64,000 nucleotides of DNA from Octopus bimaculoides (Eukaryota), in contig NC_068983.1 in the NCBI RefSeq assembly GCF_001194135.2, positions 60,680,985-60,744,984 of the forward strand, written 5' to 3'. Of this stretch, positions 36,918-49,677 are shown in pieces; positions within the stretch are counted from its first letter, which is position 1, and each line of letters begins with the position of its first letter. The position numbers and the translations under genes were made by a program. The notes below the pieces were generated by a model. The model was not told the DNA's origin and searched no databases. It was given only the letters and a program-made list of their open reading frames with translations.

Positions 36918-37135
36918 TCAATGGTTCTCAACCCTTTTCTATCTATGGATCCCTTTGACTCCTATTTTATTCGGATGGACCCCCTCATAGTCATTCGATC
37001 TTTAAAAATTCCTATTATATTTTTGTAATTAAAGTTGGTAAAATATTCTGTGTACTATAGAAGTATAACTAATTTATTGCAGATAAACTTTAATAATAAA
37101 CTCTTACATGGACCCTGGTTGTGAGAACCATTGAT
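36918..37135. mobile_element. hAT-type MITE (related ends at about 2520-2928 and 51234-51420)
   Basis: TIR caatggttctcaac...gtgagaaccattg of the CAGTGGTTCTCAA class. Confidence 0.6.
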
Positions 37136-37237
37136 TTAGATGCTAACATAAAGGGTTCTAATTTTCTCATAGCAGACAAGACAGAATTGCTCAAATGCTT
37201 AAAATCAGAGTTTTGGAAAAAAAACCCAGAAACTCAC

Positions 37238-37401
37238 GCTAATTGCCGACACCACTCCCTCAGATTGTGTTTTAGATATGGAATGTGACCTGAATTGATA
37301 CCAGTAATGGCAACCACTGTAAAACTTTCACGGTATTCTTCTTCAGTAATAATTTTTCTGAAAATTTCATCTTCTGGAGCAACGTGGCTAGAGTCACTAG
37401 G
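37238..37401 (-). CDS. SMCHD1: SMCHD1 exon 8 (PSDSSHV...FTVVAITGI...WCRQLA)
   Basis: 164 nt, TTTCAG/GTGAGT boundaries. Confidence 0.95.
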
Positions 37402-38499
37402 CTGAAAAAAGAAGGCATGAAAATATGGATACTGAAATTGTGTTTAGGAGAAAAGTTTGCTGGATGTCATTGAATAAAAGCACACCTTAGTTTGTAATGC
37501 AATAAAAAGCTATATAGCATACAACACCTTAGAATAGGCTTTCCAGTGAAGACAAAAAGCTATTTTTTTCTTGTGAATATGTCAGTTTATCTCGGACTAC
37601 TGACTTGGAAAACTGAATGGTCTAACTATTCTTTATTTTGATGTCTAATAGATTATTCTAATCCTCTTTATTCATCATCATTTAACGTTCATTTTCCAAG
37701 AGTTGGACAGGAGCTGGCAAGCCAGAGGATTGCATCAAGCTTCACTGTCTGTTTTGATGTGGTTTTTACAAGTGGATGCCCTTTCCAACACCAACCACAT
37801 TACAGAGTGGATTGGGAGCTTTTTATATGGCACCAGCACTGGTGAGATATATTGGTGCTGGTGCCATGTAAAAAGCACCAAGTCCACTCTGTAACGTGGT
37901 TGGTGTTAGGAAGGACATCCAGTTGTAAATTCTAGGATGAAATTTGTTAATACCTTCATTATTATCATTAGACATTTTTTACATGTTGACATGAATAAAA
38001 ATTTTTTTTTTAAAAATGATATCTTATTCAATTCCCTTTCTACTTCCAACTACATTTGAACCATATGACATGGCAATGCTAGCCACCATGACCACCACCA
38101 TTTAACATCCAGCTTCTGTGTTAGCATGTCTTGGATCCTATAACGAGATGCCCATCCAAACACCAATGACTTTACAGTGTGTACTGGGTGCTTTTATCAT
38201 GGCACCAGCACAAATAAACACTTGCAAGGCTAAAGGCTTAGAGTGATCCTGATAACTGAGAGAGAATGGAAAAGCAAACTGGAAACAGATTTTCTTAAAT
38301 GCTTGGTTGGCTCACTGGGCGTAGTCAATAGGTTCTTTTACTTATGTGACATAATCAGTAAGAGAAGTGCTTGTTCAGAAAGCACTGTAACCAGGATAAG
38401 AACCAGGGTGGAGAAAATTTAGGGAGCTACCAACTCTGCTGGCAAAGAAGGTCGTTCTCCGCAGAAATGCAACCTCTCATCTACCTTATCAGTCACAGG

Positions 38500-38655
38500 C
38501 ATGGCTGTGTGGCCAGAAGCTTGTTTCCCAGCCACATGGTCCTGGGTTCAATCTCACTACGTGACATGTTGGGCAAGTGTCTTTTATTATAGCCTTGGGC
38601 TGACCAAAGCTTTGTGAGTGGATTTGGTAGATGGAAACTGAAAGAAGCCTGTCAT
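38500..38655 (+). mobile_element. tRNA-derived SINE family A (other copies about 1350-1505 +, 32645-32790 +, 44270-44405 -, 57685-57790 -)
   Basis: B-box-like GGTTCAATCTC, then ttgggcaagtgtctt...ggaaactgaaagaagcc, ending in a TG microsatellite. Confidence 0.75.
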
Positions 38656-38803
38656 GTGTGTGTTGCCCCCCCCCACCACTTAACAAAAAAATAAATATTG
38701 GAATCGGTTTATTTGACTAAAAATTTTTCAAGTCAGTGCCCCAGCATGGCTGCAGTCTAATGACTGAAATATAAGATAAAAGGTTAGATGAGAAAGAACT
38801 CAC

Positions 38804-38923
38804 TTTTCTGTTTCTAATGAAACCACTGTAAATTGACTCATTATTTTTCTCTTTCTTTTCAAAATCATCTTTTGATATAGTTAATTCATGAATATCTTTT
38901 GAACCAGCTGGTCGAGTTATCAT
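38804..38923 (-). CDS. SMCHD1: SMCHD1 exon 7 ([40 protein letters not shown])
   Basis: 120 nt, TTCAG/GTGAGT boundaries. Lies within supplied ORF 38717..38923. Confidence 0.96.
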
Positions 38924-39081
38924 CTGAAAAAATAGACATGATTAAAATAAGTCTACTAACAAGAAATTGTTAAAAAAAAAAAAGACTTTAAATTACATGC
39001 ATTTAAAGATTTGTCAATGTATTCTCTATAAATGATGCTGTTGTTTATATATGAAATATGTCTTTTCAAACTGTGCGTGTG

Positions 39082-39631
39082 TACGAGGACTGATCAAAAA
39101 AGTATCGAGATTGCTGCTATAAAAAGAAAATTACAACACACATCACATTGGTATTTAATCTCCTGCAAAGTAGTCCCTTTCTGAAGCCACACACTTTATC
39201 CAGCATCATTTCCATTGATGGGAAGCATTCCTGGAACTCCTTGTTTTTGGATAGTAAACAGCTGCCTTATCGCATTCTCTTGGATTTCCATGACACCTTG
39301 AAATTTTGTTGGGCCCTTCCACTGCAAAAACTGAGCCTTGGTTTTGAGGTCATAGCCAAAGACCCACAACTCAACACCTGTTATAACCATTTTCAAAAAA
39401 AATCTTTCATCTTCCTTGCCACAATCAAGGAGATCTTGTGCAGTTGAAACCCAACCTTCTTTTTGAGACGACCTCACTCTATACACTTTACTTTCAAGTT
39501 CTGCTGTAAACAACAGAAGTGAGTGAGAATGTTATAACTCAGTGTGCATGTGTGACAGAGTTCAAGGTCAATCTGTGTACTTTAGCTGTTACCATAGCAA
39601 CAATCCCAATAATTTTTGATCAAACCTCATA
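39082..39631 (-). mobile_element. Internally deleted mariner (Tc1/mariner) element with both TIRs
   Basis: TIRs tacgaggactgatcaaaaa at 39082 and tttttgatcaaacctcata ending at 39631. The minus strand encodes FLKMVITGVELWVFGYDLKTKAQFLQW, matching the ITGDETW.Y.YDPETK.QS.QW motif. Confidence 0.82.
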
Positions 39632-40423
39632 TGTGCGTGTATATATATACAAACACACACACACCAATTAACACATCAGCATCACTTGTATTGCATTATT
39701 CAAATTACAAATATTAAAAATCAATCCTTTAAAGGAGTTTATTTGGAAGTTTAAAGATTTTCTATAAAAAATACTGTTATTTAAATTGCTATAATAATAC
39801 TAGTCAATGTACACTAAATATGGGATAAATTGGTAAGGAACGCCTCATATTGATTACTGAATTTTATAAGAAAGCAATGAAGCTAAACATTTTGATGGAG
39901 CGGAATAGCCATAACAATTTTTTCAGTTATATCTGTATTAGACTAATCAACCCAGTTTGTTTACTTCAACTAAATACCAGCCAACTCATTTAACATGGGA
40001 TGTCTACAGCCTAGTTTAACTCACTTGCATTCCGCACATAATAGCAGATGTTAATGTGCAGTGGTGGAGTATCTCGCTCATTTTCACAGTTGTGATTTAC
40101 GAGTTGTGTTGGATCAATGAGGTGTTTCCAAACATTTTTTTTTATCAAAAATCCCTATAGTACCACACCTAATTCACTAGTACTGATTGGGTTTGTATAA
40201 CAACAAATGCGGTTATATAATTCGGGAAGGGCATAGCTTAAATGATGGATAGTAACAGAGCAGAGGGTAAAGCAAATTAGTTAACATGATGAATCTATTT
40301 TGCAGATATGAATTAAAATAGGAAAAAATCATCAGATAAGTAGGCAGTATATATATATATATATATCTCATGGTTTCATTAAATAAAAAGCATTTAGGTA
40401 AGAGGAATAACAATCAAACTGAC

Positions 40424-40553
40424 TTTAGTAGCATTTCCTATATAAAAGATAGCCTGTTTGCCACCAACTCCAAAATAGGATATGTCACTGTTTAAAGACC
40501 TCGGTGGTTCATATCTTACTGCACTGTTATCATCTCGATCAACTGAATTTCTG
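40424..40553 (-). CDS. SMCHD1: SMCHD1 exon 6, ATP-lid/G2 (PRSLNSDISYFGVGGKQAIFYIG)
   Basis: 130 nt with a TAGCAG tandem acceptor (alternative start 40550) and a GTCAGT donor. Confidence 0.95.
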
Positions 40554-40610
40554 CTAAAAATAAAAGAAAAATGAAATATGAACTAAAACAAAATAAATAA
40601 AAGAAATGAA

Positions 40611-41283
40611 NNNNNNNNNNNNNNNNNNNNNNNNNNNNNNNNNNNNNNNNNNNNNNNNNNNNNNNNNNNNNNNNNNNNNNNNNNNNNNNNNNNNNNNNNN
40701 NNNNNNNNNNNNNNNNNNNNNNNNNNNNNNNNNNNNNNNNNNNNNNNNNNNNNNNNNNNNNNNNNNNNNNNNNNNNNNNNNNNNNNNNNNNNNNNNNNNN
40801 NNNNNNNNNNNNNNNNNNNNNNNNNNNNNNNNNNNNNNNNNNNNNNNNNNNNNNNNNNNNNNNNNNNNNNNNNNNNNNNNNNNNNNNNNNNNNNNNNNNN
40901 NNNNNNNNNNNNNNNNNNNNNNNNNNNNNNNNNNNNNNNNNNNNNNNNNNNNNNNNNNNNNNNNNNNNNNNNNNNNNNNNNNNNNNNNNNNNNNNNNNNN
41001 NNNNNNNNNNNNNNNNNNNNNNNNNNNNNNNNNNNNNNNNNNNNNNNNNNNNNNNNNNNNNNNNNNNNNNNNNNNNNNNNNNNNNNNNNNNNNNNNNNNN
41101 NNNNNNNNNNNNNNNNNNNNNNNNNNNNNNNNNNNNNNNNNNNNNNNNNNNNNNNNNNNNNNNNNNNNNNNNNNNNNNNNNNNNNNNNNNNNNNNNNNNN
41201 NNNNNNNNNNNNNNNNNNNNNNNNNNNNNNNNNNNNNNNNNNNNNNNNNNNNNNNNNNNNNNNNNNNNNNNNNNNNNNNNNNN
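40611..41283. other. Assembly gap (others at 13011-13050, 42117-42579, 48729-48950, 62814-63070)
   Basis: Runs of N, mostly next to (TA)n tracts. Confidence 0.99.
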
Positions 41284-42076
41284 TTAAATTCTTTAACTCA
41301 TTGACTGCTAAGTTTTTTTATTCATATTTTTTGGCTTTGCCATGTGTCTTAGGAGTAAAAATAATATATAGTATTCAAATTTTCTTCATATGTGAATTAT
41401 TTTGGAAATTATGATTTTTCGGAAATGGGGATCACTGAAAAAAAAGGGATATTTATCCTTTTCTATTCAATTGCAATAATAAACATCTTAGTTGTTTTTG
41501 AAACTCTAGTATCAAATGTGAATGTGATATGAAATATCAATGAATAATACAGGTGGGAAGTGCAAAAAATAAAAACAAAACGTTTTCAAAACAGTCAATA
41601 ATTTTGTAGTTCAAAAACTGCAATTTATGACATAAAATGTCCTCTAGAATTAACCAGAGCTAATAATGACAAACTTTAACGATTAAATATTGTTAAACAC
41701 ACCTCTACAAATGCAACGTACATAAGCAATTCACTTTAAATACAACGAACAACCAACAGTGAGACTGTTTTTAGTATATCCCCAAACGGGGCTCATAGCA
41801 AGCAATGGGTTAAATTGAAATGTCTTAGATTTACTTCTGCGCTATTTCCACCTCCATCTTTTCAACATCATCATTTAACGTCTGCTTTCCATGCTGGCCT
41901 GGGTTGGACAGTTTGACAGAGGACTAGCAAGCCAGGAGGCTGCACCAGACTCCAATCTGATCTGGCAAGGTTTCTACAGCTGGATGCCCTTCCTAACGCC
42001 AACCACTGAGAGTGCAGTGGGTGCTTTTTACATGCCACCGGCATGGGACCAGTCAGGCAGCACTGGCATATATAAT

Positions 42077-42116
<40 letters not shown>

Positions 42117-42879
42117 NNNNNNNNNNNNNNNNNNNNNNNNNNNNNNNNNNNNNNNNNNNNNNNNNNNNNNNNNNNNNNNNNNNNNNNNNNNNNNNNNNNN
42201 NNNNNNNNNNNNNNNNNNNNNNNNNNNNNNNNNNNNNNNNNNNNNNNNNNNNNNNNNNNNNNNNNNNNNNNNNNNNNNNNNNNNNNNNNNNNNNNNNNNN
42301 NNNNNNNNNNNNNNNNNNNNNNNNNNNNNNNNNNNNNNNNNNNNNNNNNNNNNNNNNNNNNNNNNNNNNNNNNNNNNNNNNNNNNNNNNNNNNNNNNNNN
42401 NNNNNNNNNNNNNNNNNNNNNNNNNNNNNNNNNNNNNNNNNNNNNNNNNNNNNNNNNNNNNNNNNNNNNNNNNNNNNNNNNNNNNNNNNNNNNNNNNNNN
42501 NNNNNNNNNNNNNNNNNNNNNNNNNNNNNNNNNNNNNNNNNNNNNNNNNNNNNNNNNNNNNNNNNNNNNNNNNNNNNNNAAATTCAAGTTAATAAATCCT
42601 TTGTTTTCCAGATTTAAGAATTCTGTTTAAAATAAAGTAATCTCAAATAACAGTGATGAGTTTGCTGTATACAGTACACAGATGCATGGCAATTTGAAAA
42701 AGGAGAAGAGGGGACTGAAGCAACAATAAGTAAAGAAAGAGAGTAATGAGAACCAAAAGTACATGCATAGTAAAGAGCAGATAAAGACAAAGAAGTGACC
42801 AGTAAAAGGGCCACAAGGGGGGGGGGTGCAGAGGCACAAGAGTTGGTGAAGTTTGGGAAGCTTGAAATTTAGGAAGGAT

Positions 42880-43700
42880 GCAGTGTCCTGGCATCTGACA
42901 ACCGATGAGAGTAGTTTATTGCATGCTGTGGCAATTCTAAATATGAAAAAAAAAAAATGTTACTGAATGTCTTGGGTGCAGCAGTTTTTCTTGATTTCCT
43001 AAGCATGTTTACAGGGGTTGAGATACTGAATTCAAAAGGCTGGCCAAAGTGGTTGTTGCAAAGATGGCAGATAATCCTGTGTAGTTCTACCAAATCGGCT
43101 GCCAGATGTGAAAACTTTAGAGTATTGAAACCCAGAGAAGCGATATATCCAAGGCATGGTTAGTGATTGACAAAGAGTATGTGTCTGGTTGCACGTCTCT
43201 GGACAGCTTCCAGTAGTCAATATTCTGCACAAAACAGGTTCCCAGACTGGAGATGCAAAATGCTATATGTGGACATACCATAACCACATATCAGTTTAAA
43301 TAGATAGCTGGTTAGCAGCTGACAAAGGGCTTAATAAAGAGATGCTGCCTGACGATTTTAGTAATATAGTTTGTCCATCATGGATCATTGCTGACAATAA
43401 TGCCTAGGTCATGTTCACCAGCAGGCTTCATACAGTTGGCATTATCGAGAGAGTAGGTAAATTCCAAGCTTTCCATCCTAAAATGTCGAGTGGAGCACTT
43501 GTCTAAAGCCATCTTGATTTACCGGTCAGCAATCCATTGCTGCACTTCGTCCAGATCAGATTGCAGGAAGATGTCTAGAGTATAGGATCTGTTCTTTTTA
43601 TCTCAAGGTACAGCTCAATGCCATCTGCATGTTTTAATAGAGTAACATACTTCATGCTGTCATTCTCCAAATACAACCAATGAAAGAAACAGTGTAAAGT
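42880..43700 (-). mobile_element. Degenerate CR1/L2-group LINE RT fragment
   Basis: The minus strand gives HADGIELYLEI (YADD-like) and ASPVWEP...VQRRAT-like motifs with frameshifts. Confidence 0.65.
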
Positions 43701-44231
43701 TACGAAACATTCCAGAGCTTCTGCATCTGAGGTGCCTGAGTTGAATACATTCAATCACATGGATATATGGAATATACACAAACAGTAAGAATCACACTCA
43801 CTAAAATGATATGCATACAGAAACACACTAACCTACCTACATAGCCACAAAGCAAAGGCCAAGAGCTGCTTTGATTTGAAAGGAAGAACCTTGCAGCTTT
43901 GTTAGTGATGGCTTTAATTCCACAAAGGAAAGGAAACTTAAATTCTCAAATCATACACATCTTTTATCCTTTACATGTTTCCATCATTAGACTACCACCA
44001 TGCTGGGGCACTGCCTTGAGGAACTTTTTAGTCAAATCTATCAACCTCCAGCATCCATTATTTTTTTTTGTAAGACTGGTACTTATTCACTGGACTCCCC
44101 TGTCAAACTGCAAATTTATGGGGACATAAACAAAGCAACACTGACTGCCATTGTTTATCCCCAATGGGGGATACACACAGACACAGAGGGACACACATAC
44201 ATGATGGGATTCTTACAACTGTAAGAAGCCC

Positions 44232-44272
<41 letters not shown>

Positions 44273-45040
44273 CAAATCCACATACAAGGCTTTGGTTGGC
44301 CTGAGGCTATAGCAGAAGACACTTGTCCAAGGTGCCATACAGTAATACTAAACCCAGAACCATGTGTTTGGGAAGCAAGCTTCTTACCACGCAGTTATGC
44401 CTGCACCTAATGCAGAAATTAGTTTTAACAATTTCCTATTTAATACTGGTGTGTGCAGAAAACCAGAAATGCATGGAGGCTTGTTTTTTTTATATAAACG
44501 TTTCCAAGGAAACTGTATTAATATTAGTCATAGTGGAATAATAAATTTAAATTTAGATTCTGTTTCACAGCCCTTCACATTCTGCTTTTTACTTTCTTTA
44601 GCATTTTTAAAAAAAAATTATAAAACTGAGGTGTTGATCATAAACTAAAATTGTTGGAAAGAAAATGAAATCTTCAACATAACCCAATAAAAACAACTTA
44701 ATTATTATGTATTAGTCAGAGTGGTGTCCTCATCTTGGTCGTTGCTTTTCACTGCATTTCAGTTGTTGTGTGCTCCAGCCTTCTTCAGGTATCTTATGAT
44801 TCACCTTAGTACCTTGCCTAGGACTGAACCCAGAATCTCTATGTGACACCGTCTATGGGCATAAATTACAAAGTTACAAGTTCAACTCACACCCACAGCT
44901 ACGGTCAACTCATACAACCAAGCTTACTCCTGAACAACACATAATCGGAAGTCCCCTATTACACATAATGGAGTCTTTGCACCAGATGACTTGTTAGGAG
45001 AGGCTGACGGTTTTGTAATTATATTGCCTAAAAGGAAATG

Positions 45041-45258
45041 TACAAAGGGGTGCTGAAAAGTTCCTGGCTTTGGGTAAAAGAAAATACAGGAGGATCTGTT
45101 AATTATGGTTTTATTCAACATATTCCCCTCTCAGATAAACACACTTATTGCAGAGATCCTTCAGTTTTTCTAAGCCCTGTAAAAGAACTCAGAAGGTTGA
45201 GCCTTCAACTAGGCCTTTCAGGACACCCTTAAAGCTAGGAACTTTTCAGCACCCCTTC
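45041..45258. mobile_element. Mariner-derived MITE
   Basis: TIRs aaggggtgctgaaaagttcctggcttt and aaagctaggaacttttcagcacccctt. Confidence 0.75.
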
Positions 45259-45853
45259 ACAATGCAGGCATTTCAATTTGTAAATAGGGATGTTAAAACT
45301 GATGCCATTGTAAAAGTTTAGTTTTTCTCCTCCTAAATGAGAATAAGGTACTGTAGCCACCTGGGTCTTAAAGGGACCACTGCTCTTCAAAGCATTATAT
45401 ACATAGAGAGGATTTCAACATCCTGCAATGCCTAATCCCTGGCAAATCCACATTGCAGCAACTGACAAGGACCAGAGTAGCAGTGATGATCTCTCTCTAT
45501 CATCAAAAGGATACCATGGCAGTGCCCCTGAATGGCCACAGTCACGTGTGTGTGTGCACACGTGCATCTGACATATATAAATTAACTGGAACACCAACAC
45601 AGCTTCTATGAGATTAAAGCTGTAAAGAAAGTTACATAAATGATTGAAAATTTAATTTTAGTGAGATTAGAACTATATTTGGTACCATGGCAACTTTGAT
45701 AATTTTTACATAAGGCACAAATAAATTTCATTTCTCGTTAAATAAACTGAAATCTGCTTGAATCAAATCCTAACAATCAAGAATAATGAATATTGAAGTT
45801 AAACACAGAGGTGATCTACAAGCGTCAGCTTGTGTATAAGTTACTCAACTCAC

Positions 45854-45984
45854 CGCCGTTTATCCTTTCTTATAAACTTTGAAAGTCTGTAGATAGCCCA
45901 GTTGTTAAGTTGCCGAGGTGTCATACCTTTGCCATTATCAAGGACAAAGATACAGTTTCGATTTGGATTCCCTTCATCAAAATG
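45854..45984 (-). CDS. SMCHD1: SMCHD1 exon 5, GHKL G1 motif ([24 protein letters not shown])
   Basis: 131 nt, GAACAG/GTGAGT boundaries. Confidence 0.96.
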
Positions 45985-46081
45985 CTGTTCAAAGACAAAA
46001 ATAAAAAAACACATGAAACACATCCAATTTACGTAATGTTATATAAAATTTCACGGAAGCATCAAATGATTAATTACTCAC

Positions 46082-46164
46082 CAATCTGATTTCGATGTTA
46101 CGGTCAGCATTGTTATTTGCTGTTGCTGTTAAGGCATTGTCGATCAACTCAGCAAATGCATAAG
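46082..46164 (-). CDS. SMCHD1: SMCHD1 exon 4, GHKL motif I (PYAFAELIDNALTAT...IEIRL)
   Basis: 83 nt, AG/GTGAGT boundaries, ExxxN catalytic motif. Confidence 0.96.
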
Positions 46165-46211
46165 CTTAATAAAGGAAGACAAAAAAGATTATGTTATCAC
46201 ATCTGTATATG

Positions 46212-46425
46212 AGGCAGCGAGCCGACAGAATCGTTAGCAGGCCGGGTAAAACGCTTAGCGGCAGTTCATCCGTCCTTGCATTCAGAATTCAAATTCAGCC
46301 GATGTTGACTTTGTCTTTCATCCTTTCAGGGTCGATAAATTAAGTACCGGTTGAGTACTGCGATCGATGTAATCGACTTAACCACTCCCTTAAAATTTCA
46401 GGCCTTGTGCCTCTATAGTAGAAAG
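46212..46425 (+). mobile_element. tRNA-derived SINE family B (other copies about 5570-5772 -, 10835-11015 -, 47465-47660 -, 51672-51830 +)
   Basis: A-box-like GACAGAATCG, B box ATTCAAATTC, and the conserved body ctttcatcctttcagggtcgataaattaagtacc. Confidence 0.75.
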
Positions 46426-47910
46426 GATTGTTACATCCGTATACAAAATGAAGAAACTCAGCTAATGAGTTATCATAAAAAATGAGTTGAAAGGGTCAGA
46501 AATTCTACAAAAAAACATTTTGCCAAAAACTGTACACTCAAAATTTAAAGAGGACTAAATTAAATACAAAACTTTTAAAAACAAACGAAACAAAAGTCTT
46601 TTCTATGTAACCCCACACCCTTTTTGTTTTTACTTTTGATTTATAATATCCTCTTAGGATTCCATTTCAAAACAATTATTATAGACTAGAAGTATCTGTC
46701 GAAATTCCAGTGACTTTGAAAACAATTGCTACAAGTTTTTAGAAAACCATGAAATCCATCATTTTTATGAAAATGTATTTTTACTGAAATAATCAATTCT
46801 TGAGATGGTGTAAAGTCCATCCAAATATCATTGGAAAGTAGAGTCTCAAGAGAGAACAACTTTGAAGATTATTTATTCTTACACATTTGTCAATTCTTTT
46901 ACACTGAAAGTGTTATCTGTGAGCTTTATCTTTCATCATCATCATTGCTTAATGTCTGCTTTCCATGCTGGCATGGGTTGGATGGTTTGACTGAGGTCAA
47001 TCTGATCTGATCTGGCAAGGTTTCTACAGCTGGATGCCCTTCCTAACACCAACCACTCTGAGAGTGTAGTGGATGCCTTTTATGTGCCACTGGCACGGGG
47101 TCCAGTCAGGCGGCACTAGCATCGACCATGCTTGAATGGTGTATTTTTATGTGCTACCAGCACGGGAGCCAGTCAGGTAGCACTGGCATCAACTACGTTT
47201 GAATGGTGCTTTTTATGTCCCACCAGCACTGGCATCGGCCACAGCAACGATTTCACTTGACTCTATAGATCTTCTCAAGCACAGCATATCTCCAAAGTTC
47301 TTGGTTGTTTGTTATTGCCTCTGTGAGGCCCAATGTTTAAAGGTTCACCACTTCATCCCAGGTCTACCTCTTCCATAAAGGTGATAAGCAAACAAATCCT
47401 AGAAAGAGCTACAGCCAGCTTCACTTTTCCATTGTCTCTATGTTATAAAATTTTTGGATGGAAATAATATATATTGGTTTCAATCTTGGGGAAGGGGCTA
47501 AGTTGATTACATTGACTCCAGTACTCAATTGGTACTTATTTTATTGACTCTGAAAAGATGAAAAGAGAAGTTGACCCTAGTGGAATTTGAACTCAGAACA
47601 TAAAGATGGATGAAATGACACTTAGCATTTTACGTGGTGTGTTAAAAATTCTGCCAGCAAATGCAGTAAACAACTTTAGGTAAAAAGAAAAAATAAAAAA
47701 ATAAAATTAAATATAATTTTCTTCTATGATAATGGTGGTGTTTAAATAATGTTTTAATAAATCTTAATATGTTGTACATGTTTATTTTTGTATCAGAAGA
47801 AAATGCATATAGTTAGACTATCACTGAATGAAGTAGGATAGCTGCTCTTATGAACTGTGAAGTCTATAAAAAGTTGATTTCATACACACATACAAATATG
47901 TATGTGCATC

Positions 47911-47974
<64 letters not shown>

Positions 47975-48559
47975 TACATACATACACACACACAAGTATT
48001 ATAATTTATTTTCCAATAAATTGTTTCAAGAATTGTCATTAAAAGGGTTTCTTTTACTCAACAGTCAATTATCCTATGAAATAATATACAAGTGAACAAT
48101 AGAGTAGGACTTTGACATTGTTCCATAGTTAAGTGTGACATAAGTCGACAACAGTTGATTAATATTATAATTGTTGTATCTATAAGAGATTGTATTTGAT
48201 TTCCTTCCATAGTTTACCAATCAACTATTTTATAAACACCATAAATGCTGTGTGTTCAACAGACTATGTATGTTTTGTTCTGTGTGCAGTGAACCGAGAA
48301 GAATATTAAAAAGATCATCAAAAAAACTTTTGACAATTTAGGGATTTAAGTAAGCAGCCAAGCAGTTCTATCCACAAAGAATAAACAGTCCAGTATTTAA
48401 TTTTTAATGTATTGTTTTTAATCAACCATCTTATCTTCACATTCACACTTGCATGTTAGTTTGCTTCATGCACTTGTTTGATGGGGCTGGGGTCACCCCA
48501 GTTTAATGGTCCCAGGGGCATCATCCTATGTAGAGCCAACTAGGTCCACCAGTGCTCCC

Positions 48560-48728
48560 CGTCATTGGCAGTCCTGTGCCAACACCTATACATCCTCCAA
48601 GATGACGCCGAGTCTCTGGAGATCTTCCTTAATCATTTCTAGCCATCTGGTGTGAGGTCTGCCATGGGGCCTCTTCCAACTTGCAGCTGCTTCGATGAAT
48701 GAGAGTAAGACACTGATAGGATGATCTG
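48560..48728 (-). mobile_element. RTE-type LINE RT extreme C-terminus next to an assembly gap
   Basis: WKRPHGRPHTRWLEMIKEDL fits the GRP-x-x-R/T-W-x-D motif. Confidence 0.65.
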
Positions 48729-48951
48729 NNNNNNNNNNNNNNNNNNNNNNNNNNNNNNNNNNNNNNNNNNNNNNNNNNNNNNNNNNNNNNNNNNNNNNNN
48801 NNNNNNNNNNNNNNNNNNNNNNNNNNNNNNNNNNNNNNNNNNNNNNNNNNNNNNNNNNNNNNNNNNNNNNNNNNNNNNNNNNNNNNNNNNNNNNNNNNNN
48901 NNNNNNNNNNNNNNNNNNNNNNNNNNNNNNNNNNNNNNNNNNNNNNNNNNN

Positions 48952-48996
<45 letters not shown>

Positions 48997-49518
48997 CTAT
49001 GAACGTGGATAGCTAAACATATAGGAAAACTGACAAAGAATATAAGAACAATGTCTATCAGTAGAGAATTTAAAAAATTACGTATCTTTAGAGTGATATC
49101 TGACTGAGCAAAATGAGTTTGGTAAAAATTGTCTTAGTTATACAATATGTGTGTGTGTATGTATTATGCAATATGAAAATATCAAATTTGTAATTTTGAT
49201 TTCTTGCAATGATACAAACATTCAGACTTGTAGGAGGAGTTGTGATCGTTCAGTCTTTCCAAACAGAGAAACATAAGTGTCAAAATAGCCAGAGATAAGA
49301 TCACCAGGTCAGTCATGAAACTCCATATTTTACTGCAATGACCAACCAGCAAAGAATAGTCACCAGCTTTCTGTTTTGAGATTAATTTTAGAATTTAAAA
49401 TCTAAGGGCTGATAAAGGAATGCATTATCCATTTGGTCATATTGCTTTTGCCTTATTTGGCAAAAATCACAATAGAAACAAGTTAGTTCAGAATAAAATG
49501 GTAAGAAATATTACTCAC

Positions 49519-49677
49519 GTAAAGGATTCTGGCCTTCTGAAGCATAATATTCATACATGCCACCTTTAACAATAGTGTCATAATGTGGGAGGAAATTGAC
49601 CCTTTGCTGTGCAGGGGCACACAACTCTTGCAGAAGAGTGTTGAGTATGTAGAGAGTGTCCCCCTTCTCAACGCTAT
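49519..49677 (-). CDS. SMCHD1: SMCHD1 exon 3 ([12 protein letters not shown]...[25 protein letters not shown])
   Basis: 159 nt, CTACAG/GTGAGT boundaries, near-identical to the SMCHD1 motif. Confidence 0.96.

Noticed and set aside
40606-42617. Long ORFs full of X (also 12899-13154, 48586-49002, 62624-63214)
   Set aside because: Artefacts of N gaps and (TA)n tracts.
44928-45027. Exon-like segment (TTTCCTTTTAG acceptor, GTAAGC donor, open frame NIITKPSASPNKSSGAKTPL) in SMCHD1 intron 5
   Set aside because: It is 100 nt and phase 1 to 2, while exons 5 and 6 already join in phase 2. In the required frame it hits TAA. It would need another unseen exon, and it abuts a mariner MITE.
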